DNA of 64,000 nt from an uncultured bacterium (GCA_963701025.1 OY969557.1:506042-570041); one strand, 5' to 3'. Positions 7,452-17,153 are shown, counted from the first letter of the stretch. The notes: generated by a model from the sequence alone, not told the origin. Made by a program: numbers and translations.

Positions 7452-10379
7452 TTAAGCCCGCATCCTTCTCCAGATATAGAATCCGAGGCTGGCGAGAACG
7501 ACCAGGATGACAACGTAGACGTATATAGAATAGTTGACGCCAGCCCCTCCCACGGCGGCTACTTGAGAGGCGCCTGGTGTGCCCGGATTGCCCGTGGCAT
7601 TACCGGAATTCGATCCCGCGGAACCGGTGGAGTTGTTAGATAGCGCCGGGATAAGAGGTGCCCCAACTGGCGGTTGGGTACCTCCCGGAGTCAGGACAAG
7701 GCCGTTCGCGCCATTTCCGGCGGCGGAAATGAAGTTCTGACCGGAGCCAGCAGCAGCCGCGGCCGCATTACCCGCCGCGGCGAGAGCGACGGCAAACGGA
7801 ACGGCAGAAAAACCGCCGAATGACGATCCGCTACTGCCTCCGCCCCCGCTCAATTGCGGAGCGGGCGGATTATTGACAACTACGGTTCTTGTCACCTCCA
7901 CGGCGGGATTGCCGGCGGTATCAGTCGCGTTGTAGGCGACCGCGTATGTGCCGGCAACCGATGTGTTCACTATGTCGCCGCCGACTACAGCCGTAGTAGT
8001 TCCGTCGACGGCGTCGAACGCTGTGGCGCCTTGTTCAGTGTATTTATCGCCGACGGTCAGGCCAATTGACGCATCGCCGTTCAGGGTGATGACGGGAGGA
8101 ATTGTATCGACTACGGTCACGGAGAATGTAGAAGAAGAAATATTATTGCTCGAATCGGTAGCCGTGCATTTCACCGTGGTCGCACCAATGGTAAAGGTCG
8201 AGCCGGAAATCGGCGAACAGGCGGCTGTGGAATCTCCGCTATATGCATCATGTGCGGCCGGCGAATCATATGCTACTACAGCTCCAGAGGACGAAGCTGC
8301 TTCGGCAGTCACATCTTTGTGTGCGTCGATGGCCGGAGGTATGGTATCGACCGCATGAACGACCCTCACTACGGGAATAGCCACGTTCCCATGGCTATCT
8401 GTCACATTATAGATAACCGAATAATCGCCTATGACATTGCCGTCAACGGTGCTGGTCGTGGCAATCTGGCTCGTGAGATCCCCGTCTACACTGTCCGAGG
8501 CCGTGGCACCGGCGTCTACATATGTGGAAGGCGCTTGGATAGTCACGTCTGGGCTGCCGATGAGCGTTATTACCGGGGCTGTCGTGTCTTCGACAGTCAC
8601 TTTGAATGACGTAGGCGATGCATGGTTGCCGCTCGAGTCGACGGCATTGCAATCGACGGTGGTAGTGCCGAATGGAAAGGTCGAGCCGGAAGATGGGACG
8701 CAGACCACTGGTACGGGGCCGTCAACATCGTCCGTCGCCTTAGGAGGGACGTACGAAACGGCCGCTCCGGCGAGCGAGGTCGCCTCCACAGTCATGTCTC
8801 CAGGGCTCCCGCTGATGACCGGGGGAGTATTGTCGTATATGGTCATAGTCCCGGTCGCTTCGCCGGCGTAGTTGGGATCGGTCGAGCTTGCGTCTACTGC
8901 ATAACTGCCGAAAGCAGAGGGAGCAGTCGACGAGCCGTTATAGCTTATGGCCACCGACACACCGCCAGGCGTGGTGGAAGCCGTTACGATCTTCGGCGAG
9001 CCGTCATACGCTTGGCTCAAGCCATTCAAAGAGATGGCGACTGGCGCCGGGCCGATGGAAATGGAGAAGCTTTGGGTGGTGGATGATGTGCCGTTATCAG
9101 CGGTGACGGAAAAATTGGAGACACCGGCCGCGGTCGGAGTGCCGGAAATAGCCTCCGAGCGTCCGTCCGCGGCGGTCGAAAAGGAGAGACCGGCCGGCAA
9201 GGAGCCAGAAGACGTAGTGAAGGTGAATGGTCCGTCCGCCGAAGTAAACAGGTTCACAGACACCGGCCGTGGCAAATGCCCGTTCGAAAAAATCCGCTGA
9301 TACAGTGTGTTGACGGTGCCAGTCACCAAGGAAGACGGTGAGAGGCTGACCGGCATCGGGGCGACCGAGACGACCACGTTAAAGGTGCCGGTGCCCACCG
9401 CACCAAGCGTGCTCGTAGCGGTGCAGATGACTGTAGTCGTACCTGCAGGAAAGATCGAACCGGAAGCCGGATTGCACGCCACGGGGAGTGTGCCGCCGAA
9501 CACATATCCTGTAATGTAGTAGTCCGAATACGAAACACTTGTTCCATAAACCCCGCCGGCGGTAGCAGTAATATCTTGCGTAGGTATACCACCTATAGAA
9601 GGTATAGCTGGCGCGAATATCACAGATATGGTGTGATCGAAATGCTGCGGAGCGGGGAAACCGAGTCCGCTGTATCCGGCTGTACTAGTACCACCTCCAT
9701 TGAGCTGGCCATCAATGTAATCGGTATAGCTGTTGGCGATATAGCCAGGATCAGGTTCGAAGGTGATCGACTCGGAATTCCCAGAAGGAACGGTGAAGGT
9801 GCCGAGGGGCGATATCGTGCCATGTGGGCCGGCCGAGGTATTAAAGGTAACTGCGCCCGCAGAGGCGGCAGGAAAGAATAAAGCGTCGGGAGCCATGTTC
9901 GATATCGTCTTGAGGCTTGGAACAGGCGGTGTGCTCGATGGACCAACTGGGACGGCATCTGACGAACCGGAGGAAGTAGCAGAGGATGTAACACTAGTGT
10001 CGACAATAGTTGTCGTTGAAGTTGTTAATGCTGTAGTAGTCGTTGGTGCTGTAGTAGCGTCCCCGGCGTTAACGACCGCTGTCGATGTCGTTGCAACATA
10101 TCCGACAGGAGCTTGATCTGAAGATTGAACTAGGGAGCCAGCACTATCAGTAGTAACAGGGGTAGGATCAACGGGAGGCGTTGACGACACATCCGCAGGA
10201 GCGGATTGCGTGTCAGTAGAGACTGTTGGAGTGCCAGAAGAATCTGGAGCGGAGTCATCGGCATGCGTCACGAGCATCGGTATGTTGGCATACGAGCCGA
10301 CGAGAGCGATGATGACCACCGCTGAAAGCATTCTTGCGAGGGAAATATGGATATATTTCATAAAAGTCATGAAAAACAA
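7452..10379 (-). CDS. Large cell-surface protein (975 aa) with HYR/Ig-like (DUF5011-like) repeats, Thr/Ser-rich linker, Gly-rich region and C-terminal TM anchor
   Basis: There is an N-terminal signal/TM segment. Repeated PPVI(S/T)L..D.TV motifs resemble HYR/Ig-like domains. The C-terminus is YVYVVILVVLASLGFYIWRRMRA, a TM helix plus basic tail. The gene is inserted between rplP and rpmC. Confidence 0.7.
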   Translation of the reverse strand: MFFMTFMKYIHISLARMLSAVVIIALVGSYANIPMLVTHADDSAPDSSGTPTVSTDTQSAPADVSSTPPVDPTPVTTDSAGSLVQSSDQAPVGYVATTSTAVVNAGDATTAPTTTTALTTSTTTIVDTSVTSSATSSGSSDAVPVGPSSTPPVPSLKTISNMAPDALFFPAASAGAVTFNTSAGPHGTISPLGTFTVPSGNSESITFEPDPGYIANSYTDYIDGQLNGGGTSTAGYSGLGFPAPQHFDHTISVIFAPAIPSIGGIPTQDITATAGGVYGTSVSYSDYYITGYVFGGTLPVACNPASGSIFPAGTTTVICTATSTLGAVGTGTFNVVVSVAPMPVSLSPSSLVTGTVNTLYQRIFSNGHLPRPVSVNLFTSADGPFTFTTSSGSLPAGLSFSTAADGRSEAISGTPTAAGVSNFSVTADNGTSSTTQSFSISIGPAPVAISLNGLSQAYDGSPKIVTASTTPGGVSVAISYNGSSTAPSAFGSYAVDASSTDPNYAGEATGTMTIYDNTPPVISGSPGDMTVEATSLAGAAVSYVPPKATDDVDGPVPVVCVPSSGSTFPFGTTTVDCNAVDSSGNHASPTSFKVTVEDTTAPVITLIGSPDVTIQAPSTYVDAGATASDSVDGDLTSQIATTSTVDGNVIGDYSVIYNVTDSHGNVAIPVVRVVHAVDTIPPAIDAHKDVTAEAASSSGAVVAYDSPAAHDAYSGDSTAACSPISGSTFTIGATTVKCTATDSSNNISSSTFSVTVVDTIPPVITLNGDASIGLTVGDKYTEQGATAFDAVDGTTTAVVGGDIVNTSVAGTYAVAYNATDTAGNPAVEVTRTVVVNNPPAPQLSGGGGSSGSSFGGFSAVPFAVALAAAGNAAAAAAGSGQNFISAAGNGANGLVLTPGGTQPPVGAPLIPALSNNSTGSAGSNSGNATGNPGTPGASQVAAVGGAGVNYSIYVYVVILVVLASLGFYIWRRMRA

Positions 10380-10421
10380 GTCCTCGTATGACTAAAAATA
10401 TGGTTTTGCGGGGACAGGCGA

Positions 10422-10450
10422 ACCCTATCACACCTAGTAGTGCGTGTCAA
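10422..10450 (-). promoter_or_regulatory. Putative sigma70-like promoter for the 975-aa surface protein gene
   Basis: Minus-strand TTGACA, a 17-nt spacer, then TAGGGT, about 45 nt upstream of the ORF start. Confidence 0.3.
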
Positions 10451-10543
10451 GACAGCGTGTATATATATGGGGAGAAGCTGGGGACAGGACGGGGATAGCA
10501 AAAGCCTGCGGCTGGGCTATTTATCAAAAGTCACCAAAAGCGG

Positions 10544-10969
10544 CTACGCTCGGGCTACGATCTTGGTCTTCATGGGGAGCTTGGTGCCGGCCTTGCGAAG
10601 AGCTTCAGCGGCGACAACTGGTTCCACGCCATCGATCTCGAATATGATGCGACCCGGCCTGACTTCGGCGGTGAAGCCGACAGGCTCGCCTTTGCCCTTG
10701 CCCATTTTGACTTCAGCCGGCTTCTGGGTGAAGGGATGATCGGGGAAGACGCGGATCCAGACCTTGCCGGTCTTGCCGGCATTGTGCATGGCGGCTTTGC
10801 GGGCGGATTCGATCTGGTTGGAAGTGACGCGTCCATACTTCATGGCCTTAAGCCCGTACGAACCGAAAGAGACTTCAAGTCCGCGCGTCTCGGTCTTCAC
10901 GGCCTCCTTGGCCGCGTTCTTGCGCTTGGTGAACCATTTCCTATGCTTGACTTTCTTAGGATATAGCAT
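10544..10969 (-). CDS. rplP: 50S ribosomal protein L16
   Basis: Canonical uL16 ([11 protein letters not shown]...). Confidence 0.95.
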   Translation of the reverse strand: MLYPKKVKHRKWFTKRKNAAKEAVKTETRGLEVSFGSYGLKAMKYGRVTSNQIESARKAAMHNAGKTGKVWIRVFPDHPFTQKPAEVKMGKGKGEPVGFTAEVRPGRIIFEIDGVEPVVAAEALRKAGTKLPMKTKIVARA

Positions 10970-11032
10970 GTTGGTTAATTGAGGATTGGAATTGTAGATT
11001 GATAATTAATTTTCAATTTCAATTTTCAATTT

Positions 11033-11707
11033 TTAATTCGTTTTTTGATCCTTTTTAAATATCTCCCCTTTATATATCCACACCTTGATGCCTATGTCGC
11101 CATACGTCATATGGGCTTTTTCGCGAGCGAAGTCGATGTCGGCGCGCAGGGTCTGGAGCGGAACCTGGCCTTTCTTGAGCTCTTCGGTGCGAGCGATCTC
11201 GGCCCCGCCCAAGCGGCCGCCGAGACGGACGCGGATGCCCTTGACTTCCTTGTGAGCCATGACTTTCTCTATGGTCTGTTTCAGGACGCGGCGGAACGGC
11301 AGACGCTTTTCCAGAGCTTCGGCGATCATCATGCCGGTGATGGCGGCATTGGACTCCGGGCTCCGCACTTCCTCGACGTCGAGCTTGAGCTCCTTGCCGG
11401 CCAAGTCTATCTTGGCTTTGCGGATAAGAGTGATGATCTTCTCGCGAAGCTTGACGATGCCGTCGCCGGCCTTGCCGATGAGCATGCCGGGGCGCGACGT
11501 CTTGACGATAACGCGAATGCCCTTCTGGGTGCGCTCGATGTCGATGCCGCCGACGTAGAAGGAGCGGAGCTCTTTCTCCAGGAATTCGCGGATGATGATG
11601 TCGGTCTTGAGCGCAGTGCGATAGCTCTGGTCCGTAGCGAACCAGCGGCTCTTCCAGTCGCGGATGATTCCAAGCCTATGGGAATATGGATGTACGGTGT
11701 GGGACAT
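11033..11707 (-). CDS. rpsC: 30S ribosomal protein S3
   Basis: KH and S3-C domains; canonical uS3. Confidence 0.95.
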   Translation of the reverse strand: MSHTVHPYSHRLGIIRDWKSRWFATDQSYRTALKTDIIIREFLEKELRSFYVGGIDIERTQKGIRVIVKTSRPGMLIGKAGDGIVKLREKIITLIRKAKIDLAGKELKLDVEEVRSPESNAAITGMMIAEALEKRLPFRRVLKQTIEKVMAHKEVKGIRVRLGGRLGGAEIARTEELKKGQVPLQTLRADIDFAREKAHMTYGDIGIKVWIYKGEIFKKDQKTN

Positions 11708-11716
11708 GTTAGTAAA

Positions 11717-11745
11717 TGGAAAGTGGAAAGTGGAAAGTGGAAAGT
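11717..11745. repeat. Tandem heptad repeat (GGAAAGT)x4 on the plus strand, (ACTTTCC)x4 on the coding strand, filling the rplV-rpsC spacer
   Basis: Four perfect tandem copies, read directly in the sequence. The spacer is G-free on the mRNA strand. Confidence 0.9.
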
Positions 11746-11751
11746 TTCATA

Positions 11752-12132
11752 TTATTTTCTTGCGGGTTTATTACTATTCGCCACACTCAACTTTCCACCC
11801 TCGACTTTCGTAGCAAGCGTGATTGACACATGGCTGGTGCGTTTCTTGATGGGATGGGCGGAACCGCGGGAAACCGGCATATGGCGCTTGAGGACATAAC
11901 CCTGATCGACGCGGATCTCTTTTATGAAAAGGCTGGCTTTGTCGAGCTTGTGATTGTGGGAAGCGTTGGCCACGGCCGAGTCGATGAGATCGGAGAGCGG
12001 GTGCCGGGCTTTCTTCAACCCTTGAGCCAGGATGTTCTTGGCGTCACTAATGCTCTTGCCGCGGATCATGTTGGCCACGACACGGACTTTGCGGGGGGAG
12101 ATGCGATAATTCTTGAGGGATGCGGTGACCAT
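11752..12132 (-). CDS. rplV: 50S ribosomal protein L22
   Basis: Canonical uL22. Confidence 0.95.
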   Translation of the reverse strand: MVTASLKNYRISPRKVRVVANMIRGKSISDAKNILAQGLKKARHPLSDLIDSAVANASHNHKLDKASLFIKEIRVDQGYVLKRHMPVSRGSAHPIKKRTSHVSITLATKVEGGKLSVANSNKPARK

Positions 12133-12168
12133 GTTAGTGATTGAAAATTGGAATTGAAGATTGAAAGA

Positions 12169-12519
12169 TTATTTCTTGGCGCCGGCGTCGGTGGCGGCGG
12201 CTTTGGCGGCGGACGCGGCGGCGATCTCGGCCTCCTTGGCTTTCATCTCGATCTCCTTCTGCATCTTGCCGCCGTGGCGGACGAACTTCTTTGTGGGCGA
12301 AAATTCACCGAGGCGGTGTCCAACCATGTCCTCGGTGACCAGAACGTCGTTATGGATGCGCCCATTGTGGACGCCGAAGGTGAAGCCCACCATCTCCGGG
12401 GAGATCTGCGAGCGGCGCGCCCAGGTCTTTATGATACCGGCGGATGCCGGCTTTTTTCCCGCGATCTTCTTGAGGAGCCTCTCTTCGACGAAAGGCCCTT
12501 TTTTGAGCGAACGTGCCAT
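12169..12519 (-). CDS. rpsS: 30S ribosomal protein S19 with Ala/Lys-rich C-terminal tail
   Basis: uS19 core ([19 protein letters not shown]...) plus a roughly 25-aa AK-rich extension. Confidence 0.95.
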   Translation of the reverse strand: MARSLKKGPFVEERLLKKIAGKKPASAGIIKTWARRSQISPEMVGFTFGVHNGRIHNDVLVTEDMVGHRLGEFSPTKKFVRHGGKMQKEIEMKAKEAEIAAASAAKAAATDAGAKK

Positions 12520-12669
12520 GTTCAATGAAAAATGCTCGAAGCGAGCGTGGAAGCCATAGTATCAGAGCCGGATTGGAGAGTCAAGAGAATGGCTAAGATA
12601 AAGGATGGGTAATAAAAAGCCGGGCCCATTTCTGAACCCAGCAACTGTGCTAAACCTGATTTTCAGCGA

Positions 12670-13122
12670 TTACGGCATGCCACCAAACATGTGTTCGCTC
12701 ACCAGATGAACGCCGCGGCCAACTGCGGCTCCGCGCTCATAATGCTTGGCAATGACGGCCATAAGCCCATAAAAGTAAGCCTTCCTGCCGTCAGTATCGA
12801 GTTGGAATTTGAATGTGGAACCGCACGCCTTGATGACACCACCAATCCGGGCAAAACCGCGAAGATGCTCAATGGGAACATCCAGAAAGACCTCTGCCAA
12901 TGGGTCGCTACGACCAGAACCGACTTTTTCCTTCGGGACGCCGAACATTTCAGCGAGATCATGAGCCGTGGCTGAACCAGGGGGCTTGTCCGACTGATGG
13001 AATTCGGCAAAGATAGACTTCGCGCCAAGAGATGTGACAGAGAAACTCAATTTCCGGAACGCGTCCATCACCGCGACCGTGAGCAGACCAAGGTTAGGGC
13101 CACTGTATACGACAGTCTTCAC
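12670..13122 (-). CDS. Hypothetical protein (150 aa), no confident family assignment
   Basis: Clean ORF co-oriented with the ribosomal protein operon, lying between rplB and rpsS. Its GC is similar to the host. Confidence 0.4.
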   Translation of the reverse strand: MKTVVYSGPNLGLLTVAVMDAFRKLSFSVTSLGAKSIFAEFHQSDKPPGSATAHDLAEMFGVPKEKVGSGRSDPLAEVFLDVPIEHLRGFARIGGVIKACGSTFKFQLDTDGRKAYFYGLMAVIAKHYERGAAVGRGVHLVSEHMFGGMP

Positions 13123-13181
13123 ATCCGATGGCCGCGTGGGATGTTATCCGAACGGATTTAAGCCGTTATTATAACTAATCC

Positions 13182-13736
13182 TTATTTAGCTACTGACCAT
13201 TTTTTTACCGTATTACCAAGCCATTTGAGTTGGCTGATGCGAAGTCGATTCAGTATTGGTAATAGATAAGATATCAAACCAGAGAAATCTTCAGACGGAC
13301 CACAAACCTCTTGTTCAATAATAAATGCAACATCTGCATCGAGCGGATCTATTTTTATACCGTAAAGTTTTTCCATTGATGAGTGCTGGTTGTCAATTTC
13401 TTGCGTCTTTTTTTCATGAAATGCGAACGCTAGTACAAAAAACTTCTTGGCTTCATCTGGCAAAGAATGCATAAGCTTTTCCTGAATTTTTTCTCCAAAA
13501 ATAGATAAATAACCGCCTTCAGGAGCGAGACACAAATAGAAAAGGTGCGCTCCAATTAGGCAGTTTATAAACTTCGATTTTATCTCATCATTACTCAAAA
13601 TACCGGTCCAGTCTGGTAAATCTTCCTTTTTCAATTCGGCCACCAATTTCGTAGAATTAATAGCCGACCACGACGGAAATTCGTTAAGAATAATTTCGGA
13701 GTCCTTATCTGTTTTTGATTTGGAAAACCATCCCAT
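13182..13736 (-). CDS. Hypothetical protein (184 aa), low-GC ORFan
   Basis: AT-rich compared with its surroundings. No recognisable motifs. Confidence 0.4.
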   Translation of the reverse strand: MGWFSKSKTDKDSEIILNEFPSWSAINSTKLVAELKKEDLPDWTGILSNDEIKSKFINCLIGAHLFYLCLAPEGGYLSIFGEKIQEKLMHSLPDEAKKFFVLAFAFHEKKTQEIDNQHSSMEKLYGIKIDPLDADVAFIIEQEVCGPSEDFSGLISYLLPILNRLRISQLKWLGNTVKKWSVAK

Positions 13737-13753
13737 AATGAATAGATTCTAGC

Positions 13754-13996
13754 TCATAATTGGCTGTATTCGCCGACCGCGCCTACAGCTCTTTCGGAAA
13801 GTGATGCGCAAGCCGCTTGGTAGATAATAGACAGTATATCAGAACAGATCATCTCCAGATAATCCTTATTGAAAGTCGAGGGTGTGATCGAGCTTCCAAT
13901 ATTCTTGCCTTGGTCCCACAACTCAAATCGTGACTGGCCGTCTTGTACTGGTTCCTCGTACATTCTCAACATTTCTTTTATCTCTGAAGACTTCAT
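13754..13996 (-). CDS. Hypothetical small protein (80 aa), low-GC ORFan
   Basis: AT-rich and tightly spaced upstream of the 184-aa gene. Confidence 0.3.
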   Translation of the reverse strand: MKSSEIKEMLRMYEEPVQDGQSRFELWDQGKNIGSSITPSTFNKDYLEMICSDILSIIYQAACASLSERAVGAVGEYSQL

Positions 13997-14058
13997 CAGA
14001 AAAATCTATCATACTGATATAAAAAAGTCACCAGCTCCTTTAAGCTCAATATCCCCCA

Positions 14059-14067
14059 TGCTATAAT
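14059..14067 (+). promoter_or_regulatory. Extended -10 element (TGCTATAAT) upstream of the histidine kinase gene
   Basis: TGnTATAAT lies about 25 nt upstream of the ATG at 14090. Confidence 0.4.
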
Positions 14068-14089
14068 TCCCCCACCAGTCTCTTTCTCC

Positions 14090-14908
14090 ATGACATCAGC
14101 ATATCTCATCAGCGTCTTTAGTCTCATGCAAAACAGCCCATATTCGATAGTGGCTACAGCCCTCGTCACAGCTCTCATCGCCGCCCTCATCATCCACATC
14201 CTCTGGCGGAAGCTCCGGGAGGACGAGAGATCGAAATACGAATTCATCACCATCATGGCCCACAAGTTCCGCACGCCGCTCACCCATATCAAATGGGTCT
14301 CCGAGGAGTTATCCGGCAACACCCAGGAAACGTCGACGCGCGAAGGCCTGAAAGAGATCCAGAAAGCCGACAAGAACCTGGTCGGCCTCACAACGACATT
14401 GATCGAGCTAACGGATTCTGATACGGACCACGCCTTGTATTCATTCGAAGCCACCGATCTGTGCGATTTCGTCAAGACGATCGGCGAGACGGCGAGGCGG
14501 ACCTTCCAGGAGAAGAACATCTTCTTCTCGGTCGCCTGCGACAGCGGCCCGGTATTCGCCAAGATAGACAGACCGCGCATGGAATTCGCCGTTCAAGTGC
14601 TCATGGACAATGCCTTCGCCTACACGCCGACGGGCAAGAAGGTGGAGATTTCGGTCGGCGGCTCCGGACACAATGCAGTCATATCGGTCAAGGACGGGGG
14701 CATCGGCATTCGGGAATCTGACGTGAAAAAGATATTCGGCAAATTCTTCCGGGCGGACAATGCCAGAGCCGCGGATACCGAGGGATTCGGCATCGGGCTC
14801 TATCTCGCCCGGTCAGTGGTCAAAAAACACAAAGGAAAGATCACGGCCTTCTCGGAGGGAGAAGGCCGCGGTTCGGTATTCAATATAATACTGCCCCGGT
14901 CGCGATAG
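14090..14908 (+). CDS. Orphan mini sensor histidine kinase (single TM, HisKA + HATPase_c, no sensor domain)
   Basis: H-box MAHKFRTPL. N, G1 and G2 boxes are present (DGGIGI, GFGIGLYL). One N-terminal TM helix. No response regulator lies nearby. Confidence 0.85.
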   Translation: MTSAYLISVFSLMQNSPYSIVATALVTALIAALIIHILWRKLREDERSKYEFITIMAHKFRTPLTHIKWVSEELSGNTQETSTREGLKEIQKADKNLVGLTTTLIELTDSDTDHALYSFEATDLCDFVKTIGETARRTFQEKNIFFSVACDSGPVFAKIDRPRMEFAVQVLMDNAFAYTPTGKKVEISVGGSGHNAVISVKDGGIGIRESDVKKIFGKFFRADNARAADTEGFGIGLYLARSVVKKHKGKITAFSEGEGRGSVFNIILPRSR

Positions 14909-14934
14909 ACGATAGGCGTGAGGTGCGCCGACAA

Positions 14935-15786
14935 CTAGAGCTTGGTCTTCTTCTTGCCGACTTGACGTCTGGAAACAATGAAGACGTTGGAATACTTCTT
15001 GGGCGTGCGGGTCTTCTGGCCCTTGCCGGCGGGCTTGCCCCAGCGGGTCTTGAGGCGGCGCAGACCGCGGCCGGTCCTCTGCTCGCCGCCGCCGTACGGG
15101 TGGTCGACGGGGTTCTGGGCCGAGCCGCGGACAGTCGGGCGTATGCCCATCCAACGGGTGCGTCCCGCTTTGCCGATATTGACCAGGCGATTCTCTTCGT
15201 TGGAGACGGCGCCTATGGTGGCCCAAGCGTCTTCATGGACCTTGCGGACTTCTGAAGACGGCATCTTGATGTGGGTGTAGCTCGCGTCATTGGCGACCAC
15301 CTGGCCGAACGATCCGGCCGAGCGGACAAGCTTGGCTCCGGAACCAGGTTTGATCTCGATGTTGAAGACGAAGGTGCCTACCGGGATCTTTTTGAGCGGC
15401 AAACGGTTGCCGGTCTCGATGGGAGCTGATTCGGACACCATGAATGAATTGCCTACTTTCATCGTTTTTGGCAGGAGGACATAGCGCTTTTCGCCGTCTT
15501 TGTAAGCGACGAGGCCGATATAGCCGGTGCGGAAAGGATCGTACTCGACGGTCTTGACCGTGGCGCGTATGCCTTTCTTGTCATAATTGAAATCGATCTT
15601 GCGATAAAGCTTGGCATGACCTCCGCCCTTGTGGCGGACGGTGATGCGGCCGAAGGAATTGCGTCCCATGTCGCGCTTCCAGCCATGGGTCAGAGGCTTG
15701 TACGGTTCCGACGCGGTCAAGTACTGCTTGAACGGCAGTACCGTCATATGGCGGCGAGATTTAGTTGTGGGGCGGAAGCTTTTCAT
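14935..15786 (-). CDS. rplB: 50S ribosomal protein L2
   Basis: Canonical uL2. Confidence 0.95.
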   Translation of the reverse strand: MKSFRPTTKSRRHMTVLPFKQYLTASEPYKPLTHGWKRDMGRNSFGRITVRHKGGGHAKLYRKIDFNYDKKGIRATVKTVEYDPFRTGYIGLVAYKDGEKRYVLLPKTMKVGNSFMVSESAPIETGNRLPLKKIPVGTFVFNIEIKPGSGAKLVRSAGSFGQVVANDASYTHIKMPSSEVRKVHEDAWATIGAVSNEENRLVNIGKAGRTRWMGIRPTVRGSAQNPVDHPYGGGEQRTGRGLRRLKTRWGKPAGKGQKTRTPKKYSNVFIVSRRQVGKKKTKL

Positions 15787-15834
15787 GTGATTATTGCTCT
15801 ATTTGTAGCATTAGGATAAATTCGTTGATTCGGA

Positions 15835-16344
15835 TTATACAAAATCGATCTTCTCGCCTTTCTTGACGGTCACGACCGCCTTGCGGAAACCGGCCACCCG
15901 GCCTTTCCGTCCGCGGAGGAAGACCATCTTGGCAGGAGCGTTCAGAACCGCGATCTTGACCGGAGTAACCTTGTACAAGGCTTTCACCGCCTTGCCTATA
16001 GACTGTTTGTTAGCTTCTCTCGTCACCTCGAAGGTATAGACCCCGCTCTGGCTTAAAAGGCCGGACTTTTCGGTGATGCGTGGACGGATGATAGCATCAG
16101 TCGCGCTCGAGAAAGAACCCGATGGCATAGCCATTGAAGCCTTGGCCGCGGCGGCGTCTTTGGTCACGACCGCGCGGGAGATCTTTTCCGGCTTTTCAGA
16201 TCCGAACTTCCTCGTATTCCTTGTGCCGGCGGCATTCGCCGAGGAGCGCGCCCGATCGGGAGCGGCGTTCTTGGCCAGCTCCGCGGTAGCTTGGATGTGG
16301 CTCTGCTCGTGCTTCTTGTCTTTTCTGAATCCGAAGAGTGGCAT
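15835..16344 (-). CDS. rplW: 50S ribosomal protein L23 with a roughly 75-aa Lys/Ala-rich N-terminal extension
   Basis: The uL23 core sits in the C-terminal ~95 aa. The extended start leaves only 47 nt to rplD, whereas the internal Met would leave 258 nt. Confidence 0.8.
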   Translation of the reverse strand: MPLFGFRKDKKHEQSHIQATAELAKNAAPDRARSSANAAGTRNTRKFGSEKPEKISRAVVTKDAAAAKASMAMPSGSFSSATDAIIRPRITEKSGLLSQSGVYTFEVTREANKQSIGKAVKALYKVTPVKIAVLNAPAKMVFLRGRKGRVAGFRKAVVTVKKGEKIDFV

Positions 16345-16391
16345 GGTAGTGAATGAAAATTTCTAATTGACCTAATTATCTAATTTCTAAA

Positions 16392-17063
16392 TTATGCTTC
16401 TTTGGCCATCTTGACGGTAAGGGCTTTCAACGACTCTTCCGGATTGGCCACGATGAGATACGTATGGTTCAGAACCGAAACGGGATTGATGTTGCGGAAT
16501 TCCTCCACCGAGACGTTGCCGAAATTGCGGAAGCTCTTCTCGACGGCGGATGACTTGGCGTCCATGGCTATGATGGCGGCATTGGTCGTCTTTGTGGCGA
16601 GCCTCTCATAGCCTTTTATCTTGGAAAGAGACGAGAGCATGGCCTTGGCGTCTTTGGCCTTGGGCGCGGACATATTGACCGCGTCGAGGAAAAGGATCTC
16701 GCCATCCTTCCATTTGCGGGAGAGGATGGTATAGAAAGCCTTGGTCTTGGCCTTCTTGTTGATCTTGCGCGAATAATTCTGGTCATTGCGCGGACCGTGA
16801 GCGACGCCGCCGCCGACCCAGAGTGGCGAACGGGTCGAACCGTGGCGGGCGCGGCCAGTGCCTTTTTGTTTCCACGGCTTCTTGCCGCCGCCGCGGACTT
16901 CGCCGCGGGTCTTGGTATGGGCGATGTTCATGCGCGAATTGGAATTCATCAGACGGACCACCTCGTGGACCAGGTCGGCGTTCCAGGGCAGGCCGAAGAC
17001 GCCTTCCGGGAGCTTGATTTTACCCGTCGATTTCCCTGTCTGATTATAGACTGTTGCTTCCAT
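16392..17063 (-). CDS. rplD: 50S ribosomal protein L4
   Basis: Canonical uL4. Confidence 0.95.
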   Translation of the reverse strand: MEATVYNQTGKSTGKIKLPEGVFGLPWNADLVHEVVRLMNSNSRMNIAHTKTRGEVRGGGKKPWKQKGTGRARHGSTRSPLWVGGGVAHGPRNDQNYSRKINKKAKTKAFYTILSRKWKDGEILFLDAVNMSAPKAKDAKAMLSSLSKIKGYERLATKTTNAAIIAMDAKSSAVEKSFRNFGNVSVEEFRNINPVSVLNHTYLIVANPEESLKALTVKMAKEA

Positions 17064-17153
17064 GAAAGAAAAAAGCTCTTGCGAGTCGTGCCGAGCATAG
17101 TAGCAGAGCCGTGAAGGAGAGTCAACAGCTAGGTGAAAGGCGCTGGCAGAAAT

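Noticed and set aside
11717-11745. CRISPR array
   Set aside because: Only 7-nt tandem units with no spacers, and no cas genes in the window.
11045-11899. 284-aa plus-strand ORF
   Set aside because: It is antisense to rpsC/rplV and its product is a low-complexity Ala/Leu/Asp-rich artefact.
13996-14580. 194-aa minus-strand ORF
   Set aside because: It overlaps antisense to a histidine kinase with unambiguous H, N, G1 and G2 boxes, and its own product has no motifs.
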